A model generated the notes under the pieces. It saw nothing but the letters and a program-made list of their open reading frames with translations. It did not search any database and was not told the origin of the DNA. A stretch of 33,333 nt of DNA from an uncultured Roseivirgaceae bacterium (GTDB lineage: Bacteria > Bacteroidota > Bacteroidia > Cytophagales > Cyclobacteriaceae), in NCBI GenBank assembly GCA_964424205.1, contig CAYRIF010000003.1:1-33333 (forward strand), in the 5' to 3' direction. Positions 19,172 through 28,163 of the stretch are shown here, piece by piece. A program made the position numbers and the translations under genes. Every line of letters begins with the position of its first letter. Position 1 is the first letter of the stretch.

Positions 19172-20302
19172 ATGTGGTATTCAAGGTATTATCAAAACAA
19201 CAGCCCTCACCTATTCAAAAAAGGGAAAGTAAGTATTTTTTATGGCGCAAGAAGGGTTGGTAAAACATCTTTAATCCAAAAATTGCTGTCGAATAAAAGC
19301 AGTAAGATTTTCAATGGGTCTGGAGATGATATTGAGCTTTCACAAATATTAAGCTCACAATCAGAAGCAAGGATATTAAGTGCTTTTAAAAACTATGACA
19401 TCGTTTTTATTGATGAGGCGCAAGAAATACCAAACGTTGGTAAAGGCTTAAAAATATTAATCGACCACTCGCCAAATATGATGGTAATTGCCACAGGCTC
19501 ATCATCGTTTGATTTGTCCAATGCCGTTGGAGCACCATTGACAGGCAGAAGTTTTACTTTTCAGCTTTTCCCCATTTCCATGTTAGAAATAGCCGCACAA
19601 TTTGGCAATTTTGAAATCATAAAAAACTTGGAAAGCTATCTGATTTACGGTACCTACCCTGAAGTGCTGAGTGCCCAGAATAAAGAAGAAAAAATTAAAT
19701 ATTTAACAACACTTAGAAATTCCTACCTGTTTAAAGACATACTATCGTTAGATAATGTACGGAATTCATCAAAGTTGATTGATTTGCTTCGGTTAATCGC
19801 CTTTCAAATAGGACATGAAGTGTCATTAAGTGAACTAGCAAATAACTTAGGTATTGCCAAACAAACTGTAGCCAGATATTTAGATCTACTGGAGAAAACA
19901 TTTATTATTAAGAAGGTTTCTGGCTTTTCAAGAAATCTAAGGAAAGAAATTAACAAATCACAACGTTATTATTTTTATGATAATGGAATTAGGAATGCCG
20001 TTATTAATAATTTCAATCCTCTCACAATGAGAAATGACCAAGGCATGATTTGGGAGAATTTCTTGTTTATGGAACGGTTAAAAAAACAAGCCTATCAATC
20101 TATATATAGCAACAACTATTTTTGGCGAACTTATGATAAAAAAGAAATTGATTTAGTTGAAGAAAGAGAGGGTAAATTATTTGGTTTTGAATTCAAATAT
20201 GGCACAAAGAAAATCAAGCCACCAAAACTATGGTTAGAAACGTATGAAAATGCAAGCTGGGAGGTGATTAATAGCGAGAATTTTTTAGGGTTTGTGGTTT
20301 AG
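19172..20302 (+). CDS. ATP-binding protein of the AAA_14 + DUF4143 family
   Basis: Walker A GARRVGKTSL; Walker B IVFIDEAQ; C-terminal DUF4143-like region (WRTYDKKEIDLVEE...GFEFKYG). Confidence 0.85.
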   Translation: MWYSRYYQNNSPHLFKKGKVSIFYGARRVGKTSLIQKLLSNKSSKIFNGSGDDIELSQILSSQSEARILSAFKNYDIVFIDEAQEIPNVGKGLKILIDHSPNMMVIATGSSSFDLSNAVGAPLTGRSFTFQLFPISMLEIAAQFGNFEIIKNLESYLIYGTYPEVLSAQNKEEKIKYLTTLRNSYLFKDILSLDNVRNSSKLIDLLRLIAFQIGHEVSLSELANNLGIAKQTVARYLDLLEKTFIIKKVSGFSRNLRKEINKSQRYYFYDNGIRNAVINNFNPLTMRNDQGMIWENFLFMERLKKQAYQSIYSNNYFWRTYDKKEIDLVEEREGKLFGFEFKYGTKKIKPPKLWLETYENASWEVINSENFLGFVV

Positions 20303-20354
20303 CAGATGAGGTAGTCACAGTAGTGCGGTGGTGGCTTTATCCCTTAGTTGACTC

Positions 20355-21374
20355 CTATTTTTTCTCTACAAGTGTCTTGATTCCTTCCAAATGATTTCTG
20401 AGTGCTTGTTGCCAAGAAGTGCTTGCATCCCATTTTCCCAAGTATATTTCTCCTGAAAAAATATGCTTCACATAATATTTAATGATGGGCTTATTTGATT
20501 TAGATATTTTTTCTTTAGGATAATTAAGAAAATTTTGAATGGCACTTTCGCTCGTATGTAGGGAGTAAAGCACAAATTCATATTTTTCGTTCCTCAATTC
20601 CTTTTCAGTTTTGTTGGGGTTCACAAGACCATATTGAAAAGGGTACGATTTCATGATGCTAATCAAGTCTAAACTATCACGCCGAAGTGATGCATTGAGG
20701 TTTGAGATTTCGCTTGTGTCTTCAGAGGCATTATTGGGAATTGAAATTTGAGAGAAGATAGGAATGGCAAGCTTATCTAATTTTAAATCCCTGTTGTATT
20801 CTTCATACCTCCCCCTTTTGAATAAATTAATATCTTCAAAAAACTCAGGCGTATTGGTCACCAAAAAATTCTCTCGCTTCATACCACTTGCACCAACGGC
20901 TATTCTCAAATTTGCTAAAATATCATCAAGTCCACTCCCTTGTGTTTTCCAAGCCTTTTGCCCTTGGTCCAGAAAGTTAGGTTTTTCATTGAAATGCGCC
21001 ATTTTTAATGTGTATTGCGGCCCTGTTTTTTCAATTAGTAAAATATTATTGATATTCCTTTTTAACAAAAAATCAGCAAAGGCTCTTTGCGTTTCAAGTC
21101 CTGCAAAAACATCCTGCACATTGAAATAACCTACCACATCAATGCCCATTCTAGCAAAGGCCGGCTGGGTTTTTGTCCCTATTTTTTTCCAGTTGGTGCG
21201 ACTTTCATTTTCTTCATCGACATTGACAAATACCACCGATCTGTCCGTCAATAATCCCTTTGGGGTTTTACTGGTATAGTTAAAAACCCTTACGAAACTA
21301 TTTTGCTGTGCGACACTTGAAAATGACACAAACAGCGTGATTATCAGAATTATAAAATTTCTCCCCATCATCAT
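20355..21374 (-). CDS. Hypothetical secreted protein (339 aa) with a signal peptide
   Basis: N-terminal signal NFIILIITLFVSFSSVAQQ. No recognisable catalytic motifs. Confidence 0.55.
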   Translation of the reverse strand: MMMGRNFIILIITLFVSFSSVAQQNSFVRVFNYTSKTPKGLLTDRSVVFVNVDEENESRTNWKKIGTKTQPAFARMGIDVVGYFNVQDVFAGLETQRAFADFLLKRNINNILLIEKTGPQYTLKMAHFNEKPNFLDQGQKAWKTQGSGLDDILANLRIAVGASGMKRENFLVTNTPEFFEDINLFKRGRYEEYNRDLKLDKLAIPIFSQISIPNNASEDTSEISNLNASLRRDSLDLISIMKSYPFQYGLVNPNKTEKELRNEKYEFVLYSLHTSESAIQNFLNYPKEKISKSNKPIIKYYVKHIFSGEIYLGKWDASTSWQQALRNHLEGIKTLVEKK

Positions 21375-21451
21375 ATTGCTAAATAAAATAAATTATACTT
21401 TACTTTTAACGAATTATACTAGAATTATTGAAAAACGCTTTATAATTATTT

Positions 21452-22066
21452 ATGAAAATTCAAGAACTTAATAAAGAACTTGGCAATATTGACATTTATT
21501 TGCTAGACCAAATTTTGAAGGAACGATATAGTAAGGCAAATAAAATTTTGGATGCTGGCTGTGGGGAAGGACGAAATCTTGTGTATTTCCTCAATAATGG
21601 ATTTGATGTTTACGGCATTGACAAAAATGAAAAGGCGATAGAAATGCTACAGTTTGTGGCGAGGTCGAAGAAAGTAAATGTGACTGACAATACTTTTCAA
21701 GTAGTAGGGTTGGAAAATATTCCTTTTGAAAGTAATACATTTGACCATGTGATTTGCAATGCTGTATTACATTTTGCAGAAAGCGAAGCGCATTTCGAAC
21801 AGATGTTGTGCGAACTTATAAGAGTACTCCAACCTGAGGGGTCGATGTTTATTCGCATGACCTCAAATATTGGCATTGAAAATGAGGTGGAAGCCATAGG
21901 AGAGGGAAAGTATAACATTCCCGACGGCTCGATAAGGTTTTTATTGACTAAAGAACTACTTGACGGGATGATGAAAAAGTATCAATTGTCATTTCTTGAA
22001 CCTTTAAAAACAGTTAATGTAAATGATAAAAGATGTATGACTACGTTGGTTTTAAAATATAAATAA
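21452..22066 (+). CDS. Class I SAM-dependent methyltransferase, TehB-like
   Basis: LDAGCGEGRNLVYFLNNGFDVYGIDKNEKAIEML closely matches the TehB motif [21 protein letters not shown]. Motif II is FDHVICNAVLHF. Length is 204 aa. Confidence 0.75.
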   Translation: MKIQELNKELGNIDIYLLDQILKERYSKANKILDAGCGEGRNLVYFLNNGFDVYGIDKNEKAIEMLQFVARSKKVNVTDNTFQVVGLENIPFESNTFDHVICNAVLHFAESEAHFEQMLCELIRVLQPEGSMFIRMTSNIGIENEVEAIGEGKYNIPDGSIRFLLTKELLDGMMKKYQLSFLEPLKTVNVNDKRCMTTLVLKYK

Positions 22067-23481
22067 TGAGTAAAGAAACATTTAAAAAAGATGCCCATCA
22101 GATTGTAGATTGGATGGCGGAGTATTTTGAAGGAGCAGAAAACTACCCTGTCCGACCAAATGTAAAACCAGGTGAAATAAAGGCAAAAATTAGAAGTTCT
22201 CCTCCTTCTGTAGCGGAGGGGATTGAAGAAATAATGAAGGATTTTGAGGAGAAAATTATGCCTGGTATGACCCACTGGCATAGTCCAAATTTCTTTGCTT
22301 ATTTTCCAGCCAATAAAAGCGAACCGTCCGTGTTGGCAGAGATGTTGACTTCGGCACTTGGCGCACAGTGCATGAGTTGGATTACTTCTCCCGCTGCTGC
22401 AGAGTTAGAAGAAAGTATGATGGAGTGGCTTCGAGAAATGTTGGATTTACCTCAGAATTTTACGGGCGTGATTCAGGATACCGCATCGACCGCAACGCTC
22501 GGGGCATTGTTAACCGCTAGAGAAAAAGCCTCAAATTTTAAGATTAATGAGAAAGGAATGGGACAGTATAAATTTACCGTTTATAGCTCTACGCAAGCAC
22601 ATTCTTCTATCGAAAAAGCAGTAAGAATAGCTGGCATCGGCAGCAATAATTTACGAAAAATAGCGGTTGATGAAAACTTTGCTATGATTCCTAAACAATT
22701 AGAAAAGAGCATTAATGAAGACATCAAAAATGGGTTTACGCCACTCTTTATAGTTTCTGCACTAGGCACAACGAGTAGCACTGCCATCGATCCGATTGAT
22801 GCCATTGGAGATGTCGCACAAAAATATAATATATGGCACCATGTAGATGCCGCTTATGCAGGCACGGCGTTGGTTTTGCCAGAAATGCGATGGATGTCCA
22901 AAGGATTGGAGAAAGCAGATTCTTTTGTTTTTAACCCCCACAAATGGATGTTTACCAATTTTGATTGCTCTGCGTATTTTGTAAAAGATACAGCAGCACT
23001 CATCAATACATTTTCGATGACGCCTGAGTATTTAAGAACAGCAGAAGATGAACAGGTTAATAATTACCGTGATTGGGGCGTTCAGTTAGGCAGACGATTC
23101 AGGGCATTGAAACTTTGGTTTGTCATTAGGAATTTTGGAGTTAGTGGCATTCAAGAAAAAATTAGAAAGCACATAGCTCTCGGACAATGGTTAAAACATG
23201 AAGTAGAAAGTCACCCATCTTTTGAGCTCCTTGCTCCTGTTCCCATCAATTTGGTTTGTTTTCGTTTTAAACCTAATGAGATAAATAACTTAGACATGCT
23301 CAATACAATGAATGAAGAATTAGTGCATCAACTTAATGATAGTGGAAAATTATTCCTGACCCACACCAAACTGAATGGAATTTATACCATAAGAATGGTC
23401 ATGGGAAATACTGATGTTGCAAAAAGGCACGTGGAGGCAGCTTGGCAATTGATAAAAGAATTTGCTGATAATCTGAAATAG
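22066..23481 (+). CDS. PLP-dependent group II decarboxylase, aromatic-L-amino-acid decarboxylase family
   Basis: PLP-lysine motif NPHKWMFTNFDCS, an HVDAAYAG motif, and an HWHSPNFFAYFP N-region. Length is 471 aa. Its start overlaps the methyltransferase stop by 1 nt (TAATG). Confidence 0.85.
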   Translation: MSKETFKKDAHQIVDWMAEYFEGAENYPVRPNVKPGEIKAKIRSSPPSVAEGIEEIMKDFEEKIMPGMTHWHSPNFFAYFPANKSEPSVLAEMLTSALGAQCMSWITSPAAAELEESMMEWLREMLDLPQNFTGVIQDTASTATLGALLTAREKASNFKINEKGMGQYKFTVYSSTQAHSSIEKAVRIAGIGSNNLRKIAVDENFAMIPKQLEKSINEDIKNGFTPLFIVSALGTTSSTAIDPIDAIGDVAQKYNIWHHVDAAYAGTALVLPEMRWMSKGLEKADSFVFNPHKWMFTNFDCSAYFVKDTAALINTFSMTPEYLRTAEDEQVNNYRDWGVQLGRRFRALKLWFVIRNFGVSGIQEKIRKHIALGQWLKHEVESHPSFELLAPVPINLVCFRFKPNEINNLDMLNTMNEELVHQLNDSGKLFLTHTKLNGIYTIRMVMGNTDVAKRHVEAAWQLIKEFADNLK

Positions 23482-23495
23482 TATTTTAATTGGTT

Positions 23496-23717
23496 CTCCT
23501 ATTAATTTATTGGAGGAGCATTTGCTGTCAGGAAAAGAAACCGTTGACAATGAAAAGCATTCAGCTCCAGAGGAGCGCCATGTTTGTAGTATTGGCTAAA
23601 AGTTGTAGAGAGAGTGCCGTAGGTACGGCCTAGGATATAAGAAAACGTAAGAGACCGCTCCTATGGAGCTCGTAGTTTTATGTTTAAAAAGCTACAAATA
23701 TATTACTCCTATGGAGC
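23496..23717. promoter_or_regulatory. Structured 290-bp intergenic region containing a family of palindromes: ctcct-N13-aggag (23496-23518), gctccAGAggagc (23564-23576), gccgtAGGTacggc (23616-23629), gctccTATggagc (23657-23669) and ctccTATggag (23707-23717).
   Basis: Inverted repeats read directly from the sequence. They sit between the decarboxylase stop and the start of the 23769 operon. Confidence 0.3.
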
Positions 23718-23768
23718 ATCTTTTCAATTTATCATAAAAATAACAGAAGAACCTTTTACTTTACACCG

Positions 23769-24122
23769 ATGTACAAGAAAGATTTAGAATTAGCAAGAAA
23801 ATGGCAAGCACTACGGCTTGAACTCGGCGAGATATTGGGTAAAAGACCGAAAGATTTGAATGGCATTTTGTTTTTAATTGGCGTGCAAGAGTTGGGAAAA
23901 GGGAGAAAAAATTTCACCAAAGAAGAAAAGCAAGACCTCTTACACATTGCCATCTGCAAGGTGTTAAGCCTTTCAGGTTTTTACGAATTGGAGGGGTTGG
24001 ATGAAGAGGGGTGGCCACATTGGAAGTTGGTGAAAAAGTTGCCAAAGTTTGATTTGCTGGAACAAGAGAAACTTCTAAAAACCCATGTCCTAGAGTATTT
24101 TGCGAATGAAGAGAACCAATGA
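23769..24122 (+). CDS. Hypothetical protein (117 aa), translationally coupled to the downstream DUF1801-like gene
   Basis: ATG start. Its stop overlaps the next ATG in an ATGA arrangement at 24119-24122. Confidence 0.5.
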   Translation: MYKKDLELARKWQALRLELGEILGKRPKDLNGILFLIGVQELGKGRKNFTKEEKQDLLHIAICKVLSLSGFYELEGLDEEGWPHWKLVKKLPKFDLLEQEKLLKTHVLEYFANEENQ

Positions 24123-24499
24123 AAGACCTGGAGGCATTTATTCTGCAGTATGAAGGAAGTCAAAAAGACATCATGCAATATTTGCACGATATTTTGGCTT
24201 CATTTTCTGGAGCGACTGGAAAAATAAGCTTCAAACTCCCCTTTTATTATAGAAAAAGCTGGCTGTGCTATTTGAGTCCGACCAAAGATGGCAAGGTAGA
24301 ATTTGCTTTTACGAGAGGCAATGAACTTTCTAATGTGTAGGGACTACTGGCATCAAAGGGAAGAAAACAAGTATATAGTGTTACTTTTTCCAAGGTGAAA
24401 GAAATTGATGAACCCCAAATTTTAGAGATCATTCAAGAGGCATTACTTTTGGATGAATCCGTTGCTTATGCGGCTAAAAGAAGGAAAAAAAGACAATAG
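24119..24499 (+). pseudogene. DUF1801-like gene interrupted by an in-frame amber codon (TAG at 24338-24340). The reading frame continues unbroken to TAG at 24497-24499.
   Basis: The frame 24119-24499 translates to ...PFYYRKSWLCYLSPTKDGKVEFAFTRGNELSNV*GLLASKGRKQVYSVTFSK...EIIQEALLLDE.... It aligns across the stop with the paralog at 11067-11426 (PFFCYKDKMFCYLW...GGKVNHPKLIQGNRSRMK...AVFRKAL). Confidence 0.6.
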
Positions 24500-24686
24500 T
24501 ACCATTTTTATACCGTGTAAGATTTACAACTTTATTACGAGTTAAGTAATGCATTTTTTTGTTATTATTGTAAAACTTTAAAACTCACCCCTACTTTTTT
24601 CTGATTTTATTATGCGTAAAGCAGATTTTTAACAGGCAACTGAGAATCTTGATGATTTTCGGATTGTGATTTTTGAGATAAATTAT

Positions 24687-27600
24687 ATGCAAAGAATTAA
24701 GGTTTTAATGGTAGTCGTATTAGCGGTTGTAGGAAATTTATTTTTTACATCAACTGCTTTTTCACAAAAAAATATTGCGGCAAAAAGCGGTGGAGAAGCG
24801 AAATTTGAAAATCATCCACAATTAAAAAGTCAATTGAAGCACTGGGAGATTTATAATATTGATGCTAAAAAATTATACGAAGCAACGGATGAATATTTGT
24901 TTGATTTGATTTTTGATTTTGAGGGAAAGCATCAATTCGACACAAAATTATTTCCGAATAACATTAGAAGTGGAGATTACCATGTTATTACCCAATCGAA
25001 AAAGGGAAGAAAGAAGAAAAAGGGAAGTCGGGCTAAAACATTTTCGGGATACATCTCTAAAGCCGATGCAGGCAGTGTAAGTTTAACCATCGATAAGGAT
25101 TTCCTTTACGGGTATTTCCAGGCCGAAGGGACAACTTATTATATTGAACCATTGTGGTATTATATTCCGGACCAGCCCAAAAATTTGTTTGTCCTATATG
25201 ATGAAAGAGATGCAATTAACGATGGAAATAATACCTGTGCTGCTGTAGAGACGGTAAAAAAAGCGTCAGAAATTTTACCACATGGGAAATCAAAAAATGC
25301 ATTGCGAGCCACCACTTGTTATGAAATAGAATTAGCCATTGCCTCAGATTATAAAATGTTCCAGAAATTCGGTTCGGCTACGGATGTAGAAAATCACAAC
25401 ATAGGCGTGATGAACAATGTGACCACCAACTATGTAGGGCAGTTTAACTGGGACATTAATTTTTTAGTCATGACGCCACAATATATAGTGACAGCAGCTG
25501 GTGCTGATCCGTGGACGGCTTCAACGAATGTTGATGATTTGATAAATGATTTTACACAGTGGGGCAGAAATGGGGGGTTCGGCTACTCTTTTGATTTAGG
25601 GCAACTTTGGTCTAACAGAAACTTTGATGGCAGCACTGTCGGATATGCATGGATTGGCGTGCTCTGTGGGAATAGTAAATACCATATTCTTCAAGATTTT
25701 ACGGCTAATGCAACGAGTTTACGTGTATTAGTCGCCCATGAAATAGGGCATAATTTATCGGCACGGCATGACGCCGCTGGCAGCGGTTTTATTATGGCGC
25801 CGGCTATAAACAACACAACAACATGGTCCGCAGCTTCAAAAACTAAAATTAACAATCATATACAAAGCAGAATAAATGTTGGTACGTGCCTTTCTCCATG
25901 TACAGCAACACAGCCACCAGTCGCAGATTTTACTACCGATAAGACAGGGAACGTCTGTATTGACGCAACAGTGACTTTTACAGATAACTCCTCTGAAAAT
26001 CCAACGGCATGGTTGTGGTCTTTTCCAGGAGGGACACCAAATAGTTCAACAGATCAAAACCCGACCATTACCTATTCAAATTTAGGAACTTATGATGTCT
26101 CGCTCACAGCAACAAATGACAAAGGGAGTAATAGTATCACAAAAAGTAATCTGATTATCGTCAACGATTTTCCTGTGGCGAATGCTGGAGTAGACATGCA
26201 ACTGAGTTGTGTAAATACGAGTGTAATCTTAGATGGTTCTGCTTCTGATAGTGGTGCGAACATTGCATATCAATGGACAACGACTAACGGCAATATTGTT
26301 TCTGGTGGAGCAACAAATCAAGCGACTGTAGATGCTATTGGCACTTATAATTTAACGGTTACCAATACAGTAACAGGCTGCGAAAAGAGCAATGGTACAG
26401 TGGTTACTAATGATGTCTCTTTGCCAACAGCAGATGCAGGGGTAGATGTAGCCATTACCTGTAGCACTGGTTCTTCTGTAAATATAGGGGGTAGCACCAC
26501 CACCACTGGGGCAACTATAGTCTATGCTTGGACGACACCAGATGGTCATATAGTTTCTGGCGTAAATATGAAGGAAGCAGTAGTGGACAAAGAAGGCACA
26601 TATACCTTGACCGTCACTAATAACGCAACGTCATGCGCCTCTTCCGACGTTATTGTTGTAACGAAAGAGGTGGTATTACCGCCTGCAGATGCAGGGAAAG
26701 ACGCCGTGCTCAATTGCGAAAATAATGAGGTGAGACTAGGAACAGATAGTGGTGCGGGAGGAAATTATACTTATCTATGGACGACACCTGATGGCAATAT
26801 TATATCAGGGGTAAATACAGCAAATGCAAACGCAAATGCGGTTGGTACCTATACTTTGACTGTTACGAACCCAAGTACAGGTTGTAAAAGTAGTGATGTG
26901 GTAGTGCTTACGGGAAATACCATGGCTCCGACAGCTGATTCGGGGACTGGAAAGTCAATTGATTGTAATAATCCTACAGTAGTTATAGGGGGCAACAGCA
27001 CTGTAGGAGCGAATATTACCTACTTATGGTCTACAAATAATGGTCATATTGTTTCAGGGACAAATACAATTAATGCGACCGTTGATCAACCCGGCACCTA
27101 TTTTTTATATGTATCAGATAATGTTAATTTCTGTACTTCAGAAGATCGAGTAGTGGTAGGCGGAGACATAACACCACCTGTTGCGGAAGCAGGCAGTGAT
27201 AAAGATTTAACCTGTGATACGCCGACAGTAACTATTGGTGGAAATAGTGCAACAGGCGGAAACATAACCTATACATGGACAACCCTGGATGGAAATATAG
27301 TCTCAGGGGTAAATGCTAAACAAGCAACAATAAAGGCAATTGGCACCTATAAAATTATAGTAGAAAACACTTCATCTGGCTGTACAAATAGTGATGAGGT
27401 GACTATTGGAGGTAATGATGTGCCACCAATTGCTGATGCAGGAGAGGAAAAACAAATTGATTGTAATAGTCCAGAGGTTGCGATAGGAGGAAATAGTAGT
27501 ACAGGAGGAAATATAGCATACGATTGGACAACGACAGGTGGGAATATTACTTCCGGGGCAGACAAAGCACAAGCCAATGTAGATGCTGGAGGAACGTACC

Positions 27601-28163
27601 ACCTGATAGTTACCAATACAACTTCTGGTTGTACAAGTAGTGCTGATGTAATAATAACAGAAGACAAAAACATCCCAACCGTTAGCGCAGGCGATGATGC
27701 CATTTTACAACACGGAGAAAGTGCAGTGCTAAATGGTTCCGGTAGCGGTACGTCATTTATCTGGAGTCCAATTTCAGGATTAGACGATCCGAATATTTCA
27801 ACACCAACGGCAAGTCCTGAAGTGGCTACAACTTATACTTTAACGGTTACGGCAGATAATGGCTGTTCGGCTACTGATGAGGTTTTCGTAGCGGTGTTAG
27901 AGAAAATCGTCAATAGTTTTAGCCCGAACGGAGATGGGCTGAATGAGACATGGAAAGTAGGAGGACTTGAATATTTTGTGGACAGTCGCATGACAATATT
28001 CAATCGTTTGGGAGGGAAAGTATTTGACTCAAAAGAACACGGAAAAACTTTTTGGGATGGAATGTTTAATGGTAAAGTACTGCCAACAGGCACCTATTTT
28101 TATATCATCAGACTTGATAAAAAAGGAAAAGAGATTAAAGGGCATGTGAATATTATTAAATAA
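24687..28163 (+). CDS. Secreted reprolysin-like (M12B-like) zinc metalloprotease with a PKD domain, about nine ~80-aa Ig-like repeats and a T9SS type B C-terminal domain
   Basis: ATG at 24687 gives a signal peptide (the track GTG start is at 24666). Basic stretch KKGRKKKKGSRAK. HEIGHNLSARHD zinc motif. PKD-like PVADFTTD...GTYDVSLTATN. Repeated ADAGxDxxIxC...YxWTTxDGxIVSG...GTYxLTVTN...GC units. C-terminus SFSPNGDGLNETWKV...TIFNRLGGKVF...LPTGTYFYIIRL. Confidence 0.85.
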   Translation: MQRIKVLMVVVLAVVGNLFFTSTAFSQKNIAAKSGGEAKFENHPQLKSQLKHWEIYNIDAKKLYEATDEYLFDLIFDFEGKHQFDTKLFPNNIRSGDYHVITQSKKGRKKKKGSRAKTFSGYISKADAGSVSLTIDKDFLYGYFQAEGTTYYIEPLWYYIPDQPKNLFVLYDERDAINDGNNTCAAVETVKKASEILPHGKSKNALRATTCYEIELAIASDYKMFQKFGSATDVENHNIGVMNNVTTNYVGQFNWDINFLVMTPQYIVTAAGADPWTASTNVDDLINDFTQWGRNGGFGYSFDLGQLWSNRNFDGSTVGYAWIGVLCGNSKYHILQDFTANATSLRVLVAHEIGHNLSARHDAAGSGFIMAPAINNTTTWSAASKTKINNHIQSRINVGTCLSPCTATQPPVADFTTDKTGNVCIDATVTFTDNSSENPTAWLWSFPGGTPNSSTDQNPTITYSNLGTYDVSLTATNDKGSNSITKSNLIIVNDFPVANAGVDMQLSCVNTSVILDGSASDSGANIAYQWTTTNGNIVSGGATNQATVDAIGTYNLTVTNTVTGCEKSNGTVVTNDVSLPTADAGVDVAITCSTGSSVNIGGSTTTTGATIVYAWTTPDGHIVSGVNMKEAVVDKEGTYTLTVTNNATSCASSDVIVVTKEVVLPPADAGKDAVLNCENNEVRLGTDSGAGGNYTYLWTTPDGNIISGVNTANANANAVGTYTLTVTNPSTGCKSSDVVVLTGNTMAPTADSGTGKSIDCNNPTVVIGGNSTVGANITYLWSTNNGHIVSGTNTINATVDQPGTYFLYVSDNVNFCTSEDRVVVGGDITPPVAEAGSDKDLTCDTPTVTIGGNSATGGNITYTWTTLDGNIVSGVNAKQATIKAIGTYKIIVENTSSGCTNSDEVTIGGNDVPPIADAGEEKQIDCNSPEVAIGGNSSTGGNIAYDWTTTGGNITSGADKAQANVDAGGTYHLIVTNTTSGCTSSADVIITEDKNIPTVSAGDDAILQHGESAVLNGSGSGTSFIWSPISGLDDPNISTPTASPEVATTYTLTVTADNGCSATDEVFVAVLEKIVNSFSPNGDGLNETWKVGGLEYFVDSRMTIFNRLGGKVFDSKEHGKTFWDGMFNGKVLPTGTYFYIIRLDKKGKEIKGHVNIIK
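26166..27900 (+). repeat. Tandem array of ~240-bp (80-aa) Ig-like domain repeats inside the metalloprotease CDS (coding repeats, not CRISPR)
   Basis: Periodic protein motif YxWTTxxGNIxSG...GTYxLxVTNxxxGC recurring about nine times. The DNA copies are diverged and AT-rich. Confidence 0.7.

Noticed and set aside
26166-27900. Regularly spaced ~240-bp repeats that could be mistaken for a CRISPR-like array
   Set aside because: The repeats are long, diverged and in-frame protein-domain repeats inside a single CDS. There are no short identical direct repeats separated by unique spacers.
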